Positions 12,300 through 24,599 are shown, counted from the whole stretch's first letter. The stretch is 63,998 bases of DNA, filler included, from Lenisia limosa (GCA_001655205.1; 12 parts of 12 records of this genome joined end to end with filler, not necessarily neighbours in it), one strand, 5' to 3'. Notes: generated from the letters alone by a model not told the origin. Program-made: numbers and translations.

Positions 12300-12990
12300 T
12301 ATTAAGTTAAAATTGTGCAGGAAAAGTTGTTCTCACCTATCGAAAGTTAAGGTGGTTCAGTCCTTTTTTTGATTTTGGAAAGAAATAAAAAAAAAAATGT
12401 GCTTAGTAATTAAAATGAGCCTTCAGGATATGTTTAAACCCCAAAAAGGTGAGAAAAGCGAAGCCCAAAAACGTCTAAAATTGGAACAACCTCAAAAGTC
12501 GGAAAAAAGGCATTTTTACGTTTTTCTATCCGGCACTATTTCAGACAAAAAATTACCCCGCGGAATTATCCCGAAGGGTCTTTTTAATTACTTTCCACAT
12601 TTTTTTTTTTTTTTTTCCAAAATAAAAAAAAGGACTGAACCACCTTAAATATTGAAGAGCAACATATTCCCTACTTCATTTTTGACAGCTTCCGTCACAG
12701 CGTATCTACTTGGGCAACATATTATGGTCCTTGAAAAACGCACATCACTTTTGGCTATTATTGAGGGGCCAAGACTATCTTCTGTTACCATTTGACAATT
12801 AGAAATGATCCCTAAAGAGTGAATGGTATTTTCTGCTTACATTTTGAAAAGAGTTCAGTCTGTCCACAGGAAGTACTGGTTACACGTAATCTACCAGCGT
12901 ATTGTTCTCGAGCATAAAATATAATCAACGCTTCCCGTTCCTGGAAGTAAACTGTTTAATTCAAGCAAAATGAAGCCAAATCGTCACCCG
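12300..12990 (-). pseudogene. Possible PLV minor capsid (penton) remnant, interrupted by a TTAA MITE
   Basis: NTIHSLGIISNCQMVTEDSLGPSIIAKSDVRFSRTIICCPSRYAVTEAVKNEVGNMLLFN...NFSCTIL weakly recalls a penton C-terminal half. Same strand as, and just upstream of, the MCP. Confidence 0.3.
12351..12644. mobile_element. Kolobok-like MITE, 294 bp
   Basis: ttaa|ggtggttcagtccttttttt...aaaaaaaggactgaaccacc|ttaa, with a ~30-bp TIR and intact TTAA duplications. Confidence 0.9.
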
Positions 12991-13193
12991 GGTAATGAGA
13001 TGGGAAAGTAATAGCATATATTTAATCTTATCAACTGTGTTACAATTCTGAATTATTCAATTTATACATTATAATCTTATCAATATATATTAAGATATGA
13101 AATGATGAAATTCCTAGGATCCCGATGCATTTTTTTTTTAGAAGATTATGTACTGTTTTGCTCTAAAAAAAAAACTTTGGAGATTAATAAAGA

Positions 13194-13800
13194 GGTTGGT
13201 GTTCAAAACCGCGAACATAATTAAAACCGCGAACAAGCAAATTATCGTAAAAAAACCGGATCATCAATAACATTTAAACAATACAATTTTGACCAAAAAG
13301 ACAAAAAAGGGAAGAAAGAAAATTATATAAAAAAAGATATTTTTTAAAATCGAACCGGGCTGGGGTCACCCAGTTTCCTTTACGCCAAAGTATTTTTTTG
13401 AAAACCCCCTCTTTCAAAATAATAGCATTTTGGTCATAATAAAGTGTCCCACTCTAGAAACGCAGATTTTTAAGGAGAATTTGAATCTGAATTCCATTTC
13501 TGGAAATACACTGGTTTAAAACGGGTCAAAAAAGGGCTTTTTTTTTTGGATTTCGATATTTGCAATTCAAGCAATTTTTCAGAGGATTTTTTTTTTTTTT
13601 TATTTATCAAAAAGACCGCTGGGTTGTAACATGATCAGGTAAGAATATTTTTCCAAATAGCGCATCTTTCGGCTCCAATTTTCCCACCGCTGAATCGACC
13701 GGAAAATGTCATGTGCAGATTCCATATTCCTTCAATATCTTGATATCTATAAATATTTTAAATTGTTCTAACGCTTCAGGTGACAAAGCAACGTTTAGGA
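13194..13800 (-). mobile_element. Family D DNA-transposon arm (TA target, subterminal aaaaccgcgaacatg repeats)
   Basis: ggttggtgttcaaaaccgcgaacataattaaaaccgcgaac. 13340-13510 is the reverse complement of 47560-47730. Confidence 0.8.
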
Positions 13801-13954
13801 AAGGAATGTGAAAAAAGATGATTTGAGTTCGCCGGCCGACTCTTTAACTTAGTTGTTTCTTGTTGCTTCCCCTATTGCTTTTTTTTTTTTTTGCCTATTN
13901 NNNNNNNNNNNNNNNNNNNNNNNNNNNNNNNNNNNNNNNNNNNNNNNNNNNNNN

Positions 13955-14350
13955 TAAAACAACCTGTGTGATTGATGTGCTCAGAGAGCATTTCTCAAAG
14001 GCTACTGTAGATAAGAATGGCGTTAATCGCATTGATATTGACAATTGACACGGGTTAATTGGGAAATCCTTCACCGAAGACAAAGATTTTCTTGCCATCA
14101 TGGACCAAGGTCAGAATAACTGCTTCACCTTTATTTATGATTCCATTTATGCAAATCTCAACTAATATGGAAGTGATTTGGTTTCTAATGATTTTCCTGT
14201 TGCTATACTGCGTGTGGTCTTTCGTGTTCCCCCTTTGCCCTATTACCTATATCTGGCATCTCTCTCCCCTTCATCATTGAAGGTTTGTTATCTGAGTAGC
14301 CGGCACCAACTCCCCCTCCCCTCCCCGTCTTTGGTCTTCAACACAAACCA
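13955..14350 (+). pseudogene. Decayed ORF, unknown family
   Basis: KTTCVIDVLREHFSKATVDKNGVNRIDIDN*HGLIGKSFTEDKDFLAIMDQGQNNCFTFIYDSIYANLN*YGSDLVSNDFP reads in a single frame through two stops. Confidence 0.45.
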
Positions 14351-14749
14351 CAATACTCCTGATTGAGAAAAACCTCTATTATTTTTATAAATTAATTGCT
14401 TTAGTGGTGCAAAAACTCTTCTATCCTTTTGAACCCTGATCACCAGGACAGCCAAGGAGACTCGTTTTGTGCTGTATCATTCACTTTCTCGCGTTTAGTA
14501 TTAGGACCCCTCTTCCTAATGGTGTGGTGTCATATGTTCTTCCTGCGTGATTTACCCCTTCTATTGTTATCTAATATTGTGTTATAAATATGATATGTTA
14601 CCTGATATACAACTGTATAAACTATCGGAAAACAACAGGATATTTACCATTATTGTATGCAGTGGACATAATGTTTTGTAACTGTATGGTGTTGGAAATA
14701 CAATCAATCAACCATAGCTTACAAATAACATGAAAGAACCAATAAACCA

Positions 14750-15129
14750 TCAAAACAAACAGGATTTCTTAGCTATATCACAACCTTCTTGGCACCTTTT
14801 TTTCGTCCTTCTTGACAACCTTCTTGCGAATTTTATTGTTCTGAACTTTTCTGTCGTCCTTCTCAGCAACCTTCTTGACAACTTTTTTGTCGTCCTTCTT
14901 GACCACCTTCTTGACCACCTTCTTGGGAGCAACGTCAGCCTTCTTATCCTTCAGCCGCATGTCCACCTGGGCTTCTCCGGGTGCGTGACCTCTTCTTTTG
15001 GAATATGCATTTTCTTCTTCCAGAAAAGCGGGAGAGTTGATGGTGAACGAAAACCCTTGTTTTTACGGTCTGAACCTCACGCTTGTTGGATTCGATTGCG
15101 TAGATGGTCGCGTCTGTTATAATGCCCAA
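14750..15129 (-). pseudogene. Lys/Val/Asp-rich histone-H1-like tail protein remnant
   Basis: ...AQVDMRLKDKKADVAPKKVVKKVVKKDDKKVVKKVAEKDDRK...KKVVKKDEKK. A frameshift separates it from the N-terminal part GIITDATIYAIESNKREV. Confidence 0.55.
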
Positions 15130-15539
15130 CTCTAAGTCAATACATAAAATGATACCGATTATTGTATAAACTATGGTTTCAATTCAGTCCAAAAAAAAAA
15201 GTGAACCAGAGTGGATAAAAGGGCTAACAAAGCGGATAAAGGAACAAATAAAAACCACTCCCTCTTACCATTTGCGATATCCTGGATAAACGCCAACCCC
15301 CAGTTGCGCAGTCCAGCAGCGAAGATGGTAGCAATTTCAAGCTGGGCACCAGAAATATATTTACACATACTTAGAACTTTGTAATGGAAAGGAAAGGAGG
15401 TCAAAAAACAAAATAGCGAGAAAACGGGTGAGGACAAAGAGAAGTTTAATTTTTTTAAAAGAAGTTGCCACTCCGGGGCTCCCGACCTCAAGTTCAAAAA
15501 TCAATGAAAGTCCATCTGTTGCTCATTTGACTGCTAAAA

Positions 15540-16130
15540 AAAAAAGACGCACAAAAATTGTGCTTATGCAGTAAGCACAATTAGCAAGCCCAAAGATGCA
15601 CTATTTCGAAAAATATATTTTTTATCAAAAAGACCACTGAGAAGGAAAAAAGGGTTGTAACAAGATCAGGGAAGAATATATTTTCCCAAAGAGTGCTTCG
15701 GAAGAAGATGCTACATCATAAGGCATTTATCGTTCTGGAAAGACACAGAACGTGAGAGCTGAATTGGCTTGATATATTTCCAACTTCTCTCAATTGTTGC
15801 CATTTTTTGAGAAATTTACACTCATTTTTACTTTTTCCAGATTTTTCTCGGTCAAAAGGGTCGAAGATTGCCCTTGGGTGGTGGAATTCAAAATTTTTGA
15901 TGCAAGAACGTCTTTGCTTTAACAATCGAACGATCATGCCCATACTCCGTATTTTGAATGTATATGGATTCCCCTGATCATGTTATTGTGTAACTCTTTT
16001 AAAATGTGGGCTTCGGGGGAAAATTGCAAAAATAGTGGAATGGTGGTTAAATGAGACTCTTGTGTCCAAAAATTGAAAGAAAACGCCCAGTTTTTGTTCG
16101 CGGTTTTAATCATGTTTGCGGTTACTTTTT
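15540..16130 (-). mobile_element. Family D DNA-transposon arm
   Basis: 16095-16130 (ttgttcgcggttttaatcatgtttgcgg) and 15900-16095 are the reverse complement of 47030-47200. 15620-15700 repeats 13600-13680. Confidence 0.75.
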
Positions 16131-16139
16131 GGAAAAATT

Positions 16140-16740
16140 ATACACAGCTGTGATTTTACCTGATGGTCTTGAAATACTTTTGAACCGTCAATTCGAAGTC
16201 CAACTTCAGCCAAAGGCATTCCATTGTTGTCAAGCTAAACGGCTTAGTTTAACAGCATGACAAACCCAAATTTTAAGAGGAATAATTGTGACAGTGAGAA
16301 GGCTTTTGGATCTCTGACCCTTTTCATTAAAAATTAAGGTATCATCTGAGAGATTAAAGTAAAGGCTCAAACCAAAATGGTAAATCATGTGTTTGATCAC
16401 TTCAAGATAGGCAGCTTTCAAGCAGAAATCTGGTGATACTGGTGGAAAGTTTTCAAGTGTAGAAACGCCATCAAACTTTTCTAGTTCATCTTGAGAGAAA
16501 CATAAGTTTGAAAGACTGTGAAAAGGCATCATTTTAGGATAAGGGAGCATTGTCAAAGGGGACCTCTCTGAACAGCCAATAGCCATTGACTTCACTCTCG
16601 CTCCGATACAGCGCAGATGTGTTGAGACAGGATGTGGCAATTCAAGAGAGAGTCTAAGGTGAATAGCATGATAACCCTACTTGTTGGTTCCAATTGCAAT
16701 GCCTATCGTTGCTCCAAAAACCCCAATAGTTTTGAGGGGT
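16140..16740 (-). pseudogene. Decayed ORF, unknown family
   Basis: 136-aa frame (...CLKAAYLEVIKHMIYHFGLSLYFNLSDDTLIF...) that continues through stops on both sides. Confidence 0.35.
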
Positions 16741-17429
16741 TTGGCTAAAAAGGAGATGAAAAAAAAGACTTCACATAATACCAAAATATTTTACATCATT
16801 GTGTGAATGGTTTTTTATTTTAGCAATATTTATTTGAAAACAAAAATAAATACTGATACTCACCGCATTTTTTACTAGGTGCAAATTCGTTTCAATTTTG
16901 TTAAAAACATGAGATGGACCCTATTATAAACTCAAAATTTAAAAATTATATTAAGATGGTGAGTGCCATCGGAATTTTTCATTTTCTCATTTTGATTTAG
17001 CATTAAAAATTTTCAATTTTGGAAACTCAATTCGTTTTAAAGTATTCTTGTCACAATTTAAGCTGTATCTATCTTATGATTTATCCCCGATTTGTTGTGA
17101 GGGCTGTTCGGTGCCAATTCTGTGCTTGAGGAAAGTGTTGATGCTGACCACATCATTGTAAGAGACGCCGACCTCATTTAGGCTGTACTCGAGGAACAGT
17201 TCGAAAAATGTTAACTAAGTATTTTTTTGCGTAATATTCGTTAAGATTTTCCATAATCTACTTGCTGTACACGGACCCCTTGAGATTTACTGTATTTTCC
17301 TTCTCTTGTCCATCGATCACTGTTGATCTCGAGAAAGAGAATTGTAGTTCAAAGCTGACACGGGACAGGGCTTTGGAAAATCCAAGGAAATTAAACAAAT
17401 TATAACATTTTTACACTTGAAACAACTAT

Positions 17430-18290
17430 TTAAGAGGCAGGAGTGCACAGGAGAAGCGACTTTTTTTTCCTAGTAGGCTCTATTGAAAAAGATTACCTGC
17501 CTGCTAATTCTACCTACCCTGCGGCTGTCCTCAATTAAAGAGAAAGAATTGAAGTGATAGATTTCAACGTAAAACTCCAAAAAACTCAATTAGAGTCAAC
17601 AACCTCGGCACCAAACTTTCCTCTTTCTTCCAAGTTTTCAATTTTAGTTTTTTTTTTGTTGAAGTTGTCTCGTCTCAGCGCCTAATTGTGTATTGCATAG
17701 TGCATAAAATCATGGTCACTTGTGAGGAGAATGAATCAGTTTGTATCCAAAACGAGCAGCTTTTGTTCCTCAAGTGTGTTCACACCCGGTTGTTGTCGAG
17801 TCTGAAGGTGGAATCTTTGATCATCTTGATTGCTTTGGAGGCCGCGACAAGCAGTGCTGTTGAGCTTGTCGTGAGACTAATATTCCTTTGGTAAGCCTAA
17901 AAGCGAATGTATTTTGTTTTAAACTAACCGTCTTATCTTAAGTCGTATCCCAGTCTCTCCACACCACCAATCACCCTGCCGTAGATTACTAAGGACGTCT
18001 TCGCTGAGGATTTGGCTAAAGCCTCTACTGTTGCTTTGCTTCCCCCGATACTGATCCTCTCTCCCCCTTTCCTGAAGATTCAACACCAGGCAGTCTTCCA
18101 CTGGCAAGTTATTTATACAGTTTTTGCCCTAGTGTTTTTTTTACTTTTCTAGTTAGGCTCCGAAAAGACACACCGTCAATACTCCCATACCCGAACCGAT
18201 GCTCTTCTCAAGGAAGTCCACAGGTGTGTCCTGAGAGGATGAAACTACAACGTGTTCTCTTTTGTGGGGTTTTTTCTACAATGTTCTAAG
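17430..18290 (+). pseudogene. Paralogue copy 1 of a triplicated decayed gene
   Basis: Shares gagtgcacaggagaagcgactttttt...ctag and TDALLKEVxRCVxxGxNYxxFSFVG with 19225-20050 (+) and 21930-22380 (-). Confidence 0.65.
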
Positions 18291-18854
18291 GTTTAAAGTG
18301 GTGATGTCAGGCCATTTTTTGGGGGATTGAACATGATTTGTTCACTCACAATTATTTTTACAGAAATCAACAGATGAGCCAATTAAATGGTAAAAAATGC
18401 ATACTATTTCCATCCTTCCAAGAGTTTACCTGGTGGGGTTTTAAGAGCATCAATATCATCAAGGATTACGAAAGACATGGGGCAGGGTGATCACGAATAA
18501 GAGCAAATACTTGTTGGAAATAACACTAAAGTACTACCGTACCATAAAACTGCTAAGATAGGCGAGGAGGGGGCAAGAGACACGAGTTACCAAACGAAAA
18601 AGGACAAAGAAAACACTAATCACTTCCAGTATACCTCTCATGCTCTTAAATATGCTTTTATTAGCTAATCATCATGCTAAACTAGAAAAAGAGGAACAAA
18701 ATCAAGAATTCTCTGAGCAAAAGAATTGGCGCGCTGGCGCCAACCTAAAACACTCTCTGAACAACTCGAGATTTCCTCTTATATTGTTTAATCCGGCAAA
18801 ACCATGCAGCAAAGCGCGTCATCAGAGAGCTTATTGTCGATCTAAGTGGATTAA

Positions 18855-18965
18855 GGTAGTTCAGTGGTTGTTTTATTTTGGCAAATAAAGTAGAACTGTG
18901 CGTGCAGTTTTGAAAATGACCCTTCGGAATAATTCCGCCGGGTAGATTTTCATATGAAAACTCTA
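18855..18965. mobile_element. Kolobok-like MITE, left end only
   Basis: ttaa|ggtagttcagtggttgttttattttggcaaataaag...gtgcagttttgaaaatgac is homologous to 5154-5230. Confidence 0.7.
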
Positions 18966-19224
18966 ACATGAAATATTTTTTAAAGGATAAAAAGGCGAAA
19001 TCATCCGCAAGAAGCGTCGGGTCTTCAAAGACGGGGCAATGCAACAATACGCTACAAACTGTTACAGCAGACTGCATTCAAAAAAATCTTAACATTCAGT
19101 ATATTTGCAGCATCAAACAACAATATCTCAAATCAACTCACTGTGCTGGCGTAGTTAGTCAATAACACTCTAAAATGGTGAAAATGTGGCTTTTACTGAT
19201 AAAATCATTCTCAAAGTAGTTAAA

Positions 19225-20050
19225 GTAAGAGGCAAGAGTGCACAGGAGAAGCGACTTTTTTCCTAGTTGCCTCTATAGAAAAAGATGATCAGCCTGCTAA
19301 TTCTACATACCCTGGGGCTGGTCTCCTCAAATAAAGATAAAGTATTGAAGTGATAGAGTTCAACGTAAAACTCCTCCAAATAACTCACTTAGAATCTACA
19401 GCCCCGGCGCCAAACTTTCTTCTTTTGGTGACGTCACCGCATTCCTCTTCCGAGGTTTCAAAAATTAGTTTTTTGAATCCGTTTGTATTGAAAAGGAGCA
19501 GCTTTTGGGCCTGCTCCAAAAATGGCCACAAAGCCTCGGTTGTGATCGAGTCGGAGGAAGGAGGAATTCTCTCGCCTCGCCTGCACTGGAGGCCGCGACA
19601 AGCAGTGTTGCAGAGCTTGTCGTAAGACTCGTGTTCCTTTGGTAAGCTTAAACCAGATGTTTCTTGTATTGAGTGTAGTCTTCTTCTTCAGAATCGTTTC
19701 TCGATCTCTCTTAATCACCAATCACCTTTTTAAATATTTCCAAGGACGTCTTTGCTACGGCTTTAACAGAAGCTTCTTCTACGGTTGTTTTTCCTGCTTC
19801 CCCCGATACTGATCCCCTCCCCGCTTCCCCGAAGAGAAGCGCCATAACACCAGGCGTTCCTCCACTGGAAAATCTTTTTCACAGTTTTTATCATGTACTT
19901 CTAGTTTGGCTCAAGCGCATTGTTAACACTGTGGATACTCCCAAATCATACTGATGCTCTTCTGAAGGAAGTTCTTCGATGTGTCGTTTGCGGGAGCAAC
20001 TACCACGCGTTCTCGTTTGTGGGGGTCTCTTGCTACACGCTTTATATCAG
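19225..20050 (+). pseudogene. Paralogue copy 2 of the triplicated decayed gene
   Basis: KNGHKASVVIESEEGGI...DVFATALTEASSTVVFP...LPNHTDALLKEVLRCVVCGSNYHAFSFVG. Confidence 0.65.
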
Positions 20051-21929
20051 TTAATGGCATTGGTTACTGTCAGTTTTGTAATATTGTAGCTTCGGCATGA
20101 TTGCTGCTTCGACTTCCAAGAATGTCCAAGCGGTCGTTTAGCATTGGGAGGCCCTAGATACAGGTATACAGTCTTTGAAGCTGATGTAGCATACAGAGAA
20201 GAGAGAGGGTCGTGGGGGGAAAGCTGCATCTACCGAGTCCCGTAGAGCGCGGGATTGCGCCTTGATTTCGCGCATTATTGGCTTCTTTGTTTGATGCAAT
20301 CTGAGGATATTATTATTCAATCAATTCAGTTTTGAAAAGTCTAACACCGAGACTAAAATCAAGCAAAGCTGATATTCTTTTATAAACTGATGATTTTTGA
20401 GAATTGATTCATATTCTGTCCTAGACAGCAGACACAGTACTTGCTGTAAGGGGGGGGGGCTATTGCATCATTGAACCTTTCAATTGTTTTTTTCTTCTTC
20501 TGAATATTTTCTGTGTCATATGTTTAGACCTTCAACTCTCTTTAAGAAGAAGTTCTTGACGGCATCATCAAGACTAAGGACCCCATCTTCGTTTCCGTGG
20601 ACAGTCGCTGGTCGAAAGTTTGTAATTTTAGTATCTTTATGGGGGGAAATTATGTTGTTTTGTTTCAGTTTTTGAAGATAATCTTGCTATCTCAGCCCTA
20701 CGGCTGGAATTCCACCGACGCTTTGATCTTTGTCTGTCACAACGGCAAGATCACGGACTTTGATATCCTCCACCACGACACTCCGTCATTCTCAAAGTCC
20801 CGTCCGTCGTGGTGTCCTGGAGCACTAAGCCACATTTGGTCCCCGAAAGAGAAGCGCTTCGTGCTGATATTTGGCTGTTAAGTATTTTGGTATTTTGGGT
20901 TAAAAAAATTGCTCTCCCTACCCCTGTTATTGCGTGATATGTCAGACGTACTTTTTGTTTGTTGAAAAAATATCTTTCCAACTCTAAATTGCGGAAACAA
21001 TTATGAAATCATGAATATTCTATTGTTGAAATCAAAAAAAAAAAAAAAAAAATNNNNNNNNNNNNNNNNNNNNNNNNNNNNNNNNNNNNNNNNNNNNNNN
21101 NNCCATTCTCCTCATCCTTCTTGTCCAACGACGGTAGATACCGAACACTGCCTTCTTTTTGTCTTAAAAAAACACCATGTATGTCACCTCAAATATACGT
21201 TGATGGCACCATCAGTGGGGCGCAAAATCAGACCTCATTCAATAATCTGAACATTCATTCAATTTGCATCATCAAATAACAAAACTAATTACTCATTTAA
21301 TCATAATAAAAGTCATTGACTTTCTAACCTGAGTCTAGGGTCCTTGAGGGTCGTACTCAGGGACGAAGGTTCATACATATTCAGGTTTTCCACCCGTTTC
21401 CGCTTGGAACAGGTGTTCTTGTGGTAGATGGCTGCTTCGGTGATCTTGAGTTTGGCCTTGCGCTTATCACGTGCGTCAAAGATTCGGTTGATGGTCGGCG
21501 TTGAGCTCAACATTTAGGTCTGATTATGCTATCATAAACAAATAATACTGATTCAAACCCTTCGTACTGGCACTAAGACGAGTGAAGAAGTCACGACCAA
21601 AGTTAAACATTCCTGAACAAAATGGACGGCAGCACGTAAACCGACACCTGTGAGAGAGAAGAGGCGCTTCTGATGGAAGGCAAGGAGCTACACAAATAAA
21701 ATGAATATTAATTGACAAAAAAAAACAAAAACTGAAGGATATTTGCTCACACAATGCGCTTTGTCGGAGACAAAATAGAAGTCAAAATAAACTTATATGG
21801 TAAAAACTAACTGTACTTCCCAGTGGACCGCCTGGTGTTATGAAGCTTCTCATCTTCAGGGAAGGAGGGGGGGGGGGGNNNNNNNNNNNNNNNNNNNNNN
21901 NNNNNNNNNNNNNNNNNNNNNNNNNNNNN

Positions 21930-22380
21930 NNGAGGAAGCTTTCGTTAAAGCCGTAACAAAGACGTATTTGGAAGAGATTGAGAAAAGATTTTGAAGAAGA
22001 TTGCCCTCAAAACAAGAAAAGTCTCACGACAAGCTCTGCAGCACTGCTTGTCGCGGCCTTCAGTGCAGTCGAGAAGAGCAAAGATTCCTTCTTCCTCAGA
22101 CTCGACCACAACCGAGGCTTTGTGGCCATTTTTGGGATGTATGAACTTCCTAACACCCTTGAGGAGACCCAAAAGCTGCTCCCTTTCAAAACAAACGGAT
22201 TCATATTTCTCTATCACCACCAAAATTAACCCTTCAGTACTTTATCACTAATTGAGGAGACAGCCCCAGGGTAAGTAGAACTGGCAGGCTGATCATCTTT
22301 TTCTATAGAGATATAGTAAGGAAAAAAAGTCGCTTCTTCTGTGCACCCTTGCGTCTTAAGTAGTTGGTTAAAGTGCATAA
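21930..22380 (-). pseudogene. Paralogue copy 3 (inverted) of the triplicated decayed gene
   Basis: IEKDDQPASSTYPGAVSS...EKYESVCFEREQLLGLLKG...KNGHKASVVVESEEEGIFALLDCTEGRDKQCCRACRETF. Confidence 0.65.
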
Positions 22381-23069
22381 ATGTTAAAACCTGTTCTATT
22401 TCCAAAAAATGTCCAATATGATACAAAGTTTAAGAATAAGACGGAGTATTCTTGATAAAATATGTATGTTCACCTTATGCTGTAAACAAGGAACTATGAT
22501 ATAATTCCGTAACAAAAGCACAAACGTTTTGGGTTTGAAATACCCATCAACACTAATGACGATGAAGGGGTCAATGGAACAATCTTGAAGAAATAAAGTT
22601 AGAAATAAGTCTTACTGTATACTTAGCAAATTCTATCCATGAAGGTAATTCATGACACGTTTCCCTAAAAATCAAATACAAAAAATACGCACATAGCCCT
22701 TGAAAGAGGAAGAGCTCGTTTCAACTGAATATGTTCAAAGCTATCGACTGGAATCAAGAAATGATCAGTAAAAGCTAAGATGTAAGAAAGAATAATTGGT
22801 CACAATGATCTTGGAAAATTAGAATGCAGTACGGAGCACTTGCTACTGAGGGAGGGACAGCAATTGTGAATTCAGTTGGCGTCAAAACACAGTGTGGAGA
22901 TGGCTAGGTTGTAAGCAAAACAAAATTTCAAACTGACATAGCAATGAGGTAGGGTATTAAGATTGGCAATTGCTGATTGTGCATAAGAAGACAGCTTCTC
23001 TAGATGTGTAATCCGAAATTGTTCTTACTTTTTTTGTGAATATTTTCTACAACTTTTCCAAAGATACCC

Positions 23070-23760
23070 GAGAAGTCAGTAATGGCAGTGACATAGGCCA
23101 AAACAGGACGGGCAAATTTCACAGGCTGCTTTGGAGACCAATCCGCTCCCTTTAAGTCCTAATTCGTGATCCAAAACTGACTTACTTTGAAAGACGATGA
23201 CAAGGTTTCTTGGAATGACATTGTAGCGGGGTCGAAAGAGGAACTTCCTCGAGATTCGATCTGACATGTTACTGTATCATCCACTCAAACTGGTGAGAGA
23301 GGCTGTGAAAGTTTCATTCCGATATCACCTGGAGGCCCTGTGTGTTGTAAGAGAATAGCAGGGCTATGCACTTCGGGTGCTCCATCAGGAAGCAAGCTAC
23401 TGAAGGCCTTAACAGCACGTTGACTAAGTCTCTCCGGTCCAATCCATGCCATGAAAATAGACACAGCCGCGGAAAGAAGTCGCGACCATGAGGGAAGAGG
23501 GGGGGTCACAAACAACTCTATTGCCTCACAGTCATCATAACATTCAGTGTACAAACCATTGTGAAAATATCGGGATGGTGACACTCCTCCATGCGACGTA
23601 ACGCCAAAGATAAGACCGCTGGAGTATACTTACTACAATAATCAGAGAACATCCTACGGTACAGAAGATATCATTAAGGTGGTGCTTTTGAGAAACATGA
23701 CAAAGTAGATGCAAAGCATGCAGTTTTAGAAAAGATATCCTGGAAAATGGTCCCATCTAG
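23070..23760 (-). pseudogene. Decayed ORF, unknown family
   Basis: Consecutive frameshifted frames YLLYRRMFSDYCSKYTPAVLSLALRRMEEC and LYTECYDDCEAIELFVTPPLPSWSRLLSAAVSIFMAWIGPERL. Confidence 0.35.
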
Positions 23761-24311
23761 TATATGATATCATTGCCATTTTCAACTCATAACATTTTTC
23801 AAAATTCTCCCTTTTGAAGGGTGGAATGCAGGCTAACCGAAAATGGTCAAAAATGGCTGTTTTTGATGGGAAAGTACTTTTGATGCTAATTCCTCTAACC
23901 CAATGAAATATAATGTTCCTGTTGCATCTTCAAGAAAAGCTATTTATAAAATTAAAAAAAAACAGAGTTGACAACACAACGGCATCATGAGATTAGCCTG
24001 GGAATTCATATCTTTGAATCACTTAACATCCTGGCGAGGAAATCCCAAATGCTATTCCCCGAGGATCTACATGTGTCGAGGGGATAATAGCAATCATCTA
24101 CCATGAAATATGAGAAACACCATATTATGAGTGATCTCAAGCAAAAAAGTCAAAATTTGTAATAAAAATAACATTGTTTANNNNNNNNNNNNNNNNNNNN
24201 NNNNNNNNNNNNNNNNNNNNNNNNNNNNNNNNNNNNNNNNNNNNNNNNNNNNNNNNNNNNNNNNNNNNNNNNNNNNNNNNNNNNNNNNNNNNNNNNNNNN
24301 NNNNNNNNNNN

Positions 24312-24480
24312 TGTTTAACAAGAAGGTTAGTGTATTTACCTAATAGTTTCTTTACTTGTCAAAACGAAGGATTTCTTAATGCTGAATGTTGGAAACTTGT
24401 AGTCGAAGACTGCTTCTTAGACGCTTATAAGCTTTCTTATCGAAGAAACATCAGTTTTCAAGATGTTTTGGGGTTATCAG
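24312..24480 (+). repeat. Dispersed coding-like repeat, second copy inverted at 33660-33830
   Basis: caaaacgaaggatttctt...gctgaatgttggaaactt...gactgcttcttagac...aagctttcttatc.aagaaacatcagttttcaaga occurs at both loci. One frame reads TCQNEGFLNAECWKLVVEDCFL. Confidence 0.75.
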
Positions 24481-24599
24481 TTTCTCCCTGATCTGTCGAA
24501 GGTGTGCTTCCTTCAATATAAAGCAAGAACCTTCCTTATAAGGATGGTTGTTTTCTCAGATGATTATGTGGATTACCCTTAAATTTTTCAAGAAATTGT

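Noticed and set aside
16230-16640. Possible piggyBac or IS4-like transposase (LSDDTLIF...LKIWVC)
   Set aside because: Motif spacing does not fit and no other catalytic residues were recognisable. It was left as unknown.
19760-19860. P-loop-like LLFGEAGRGSVSGEAGKTT on the minus strand
   Set aside because: The paralogous copies conserve the opposite-strand protein and not this motif, so it is a shadow frame.
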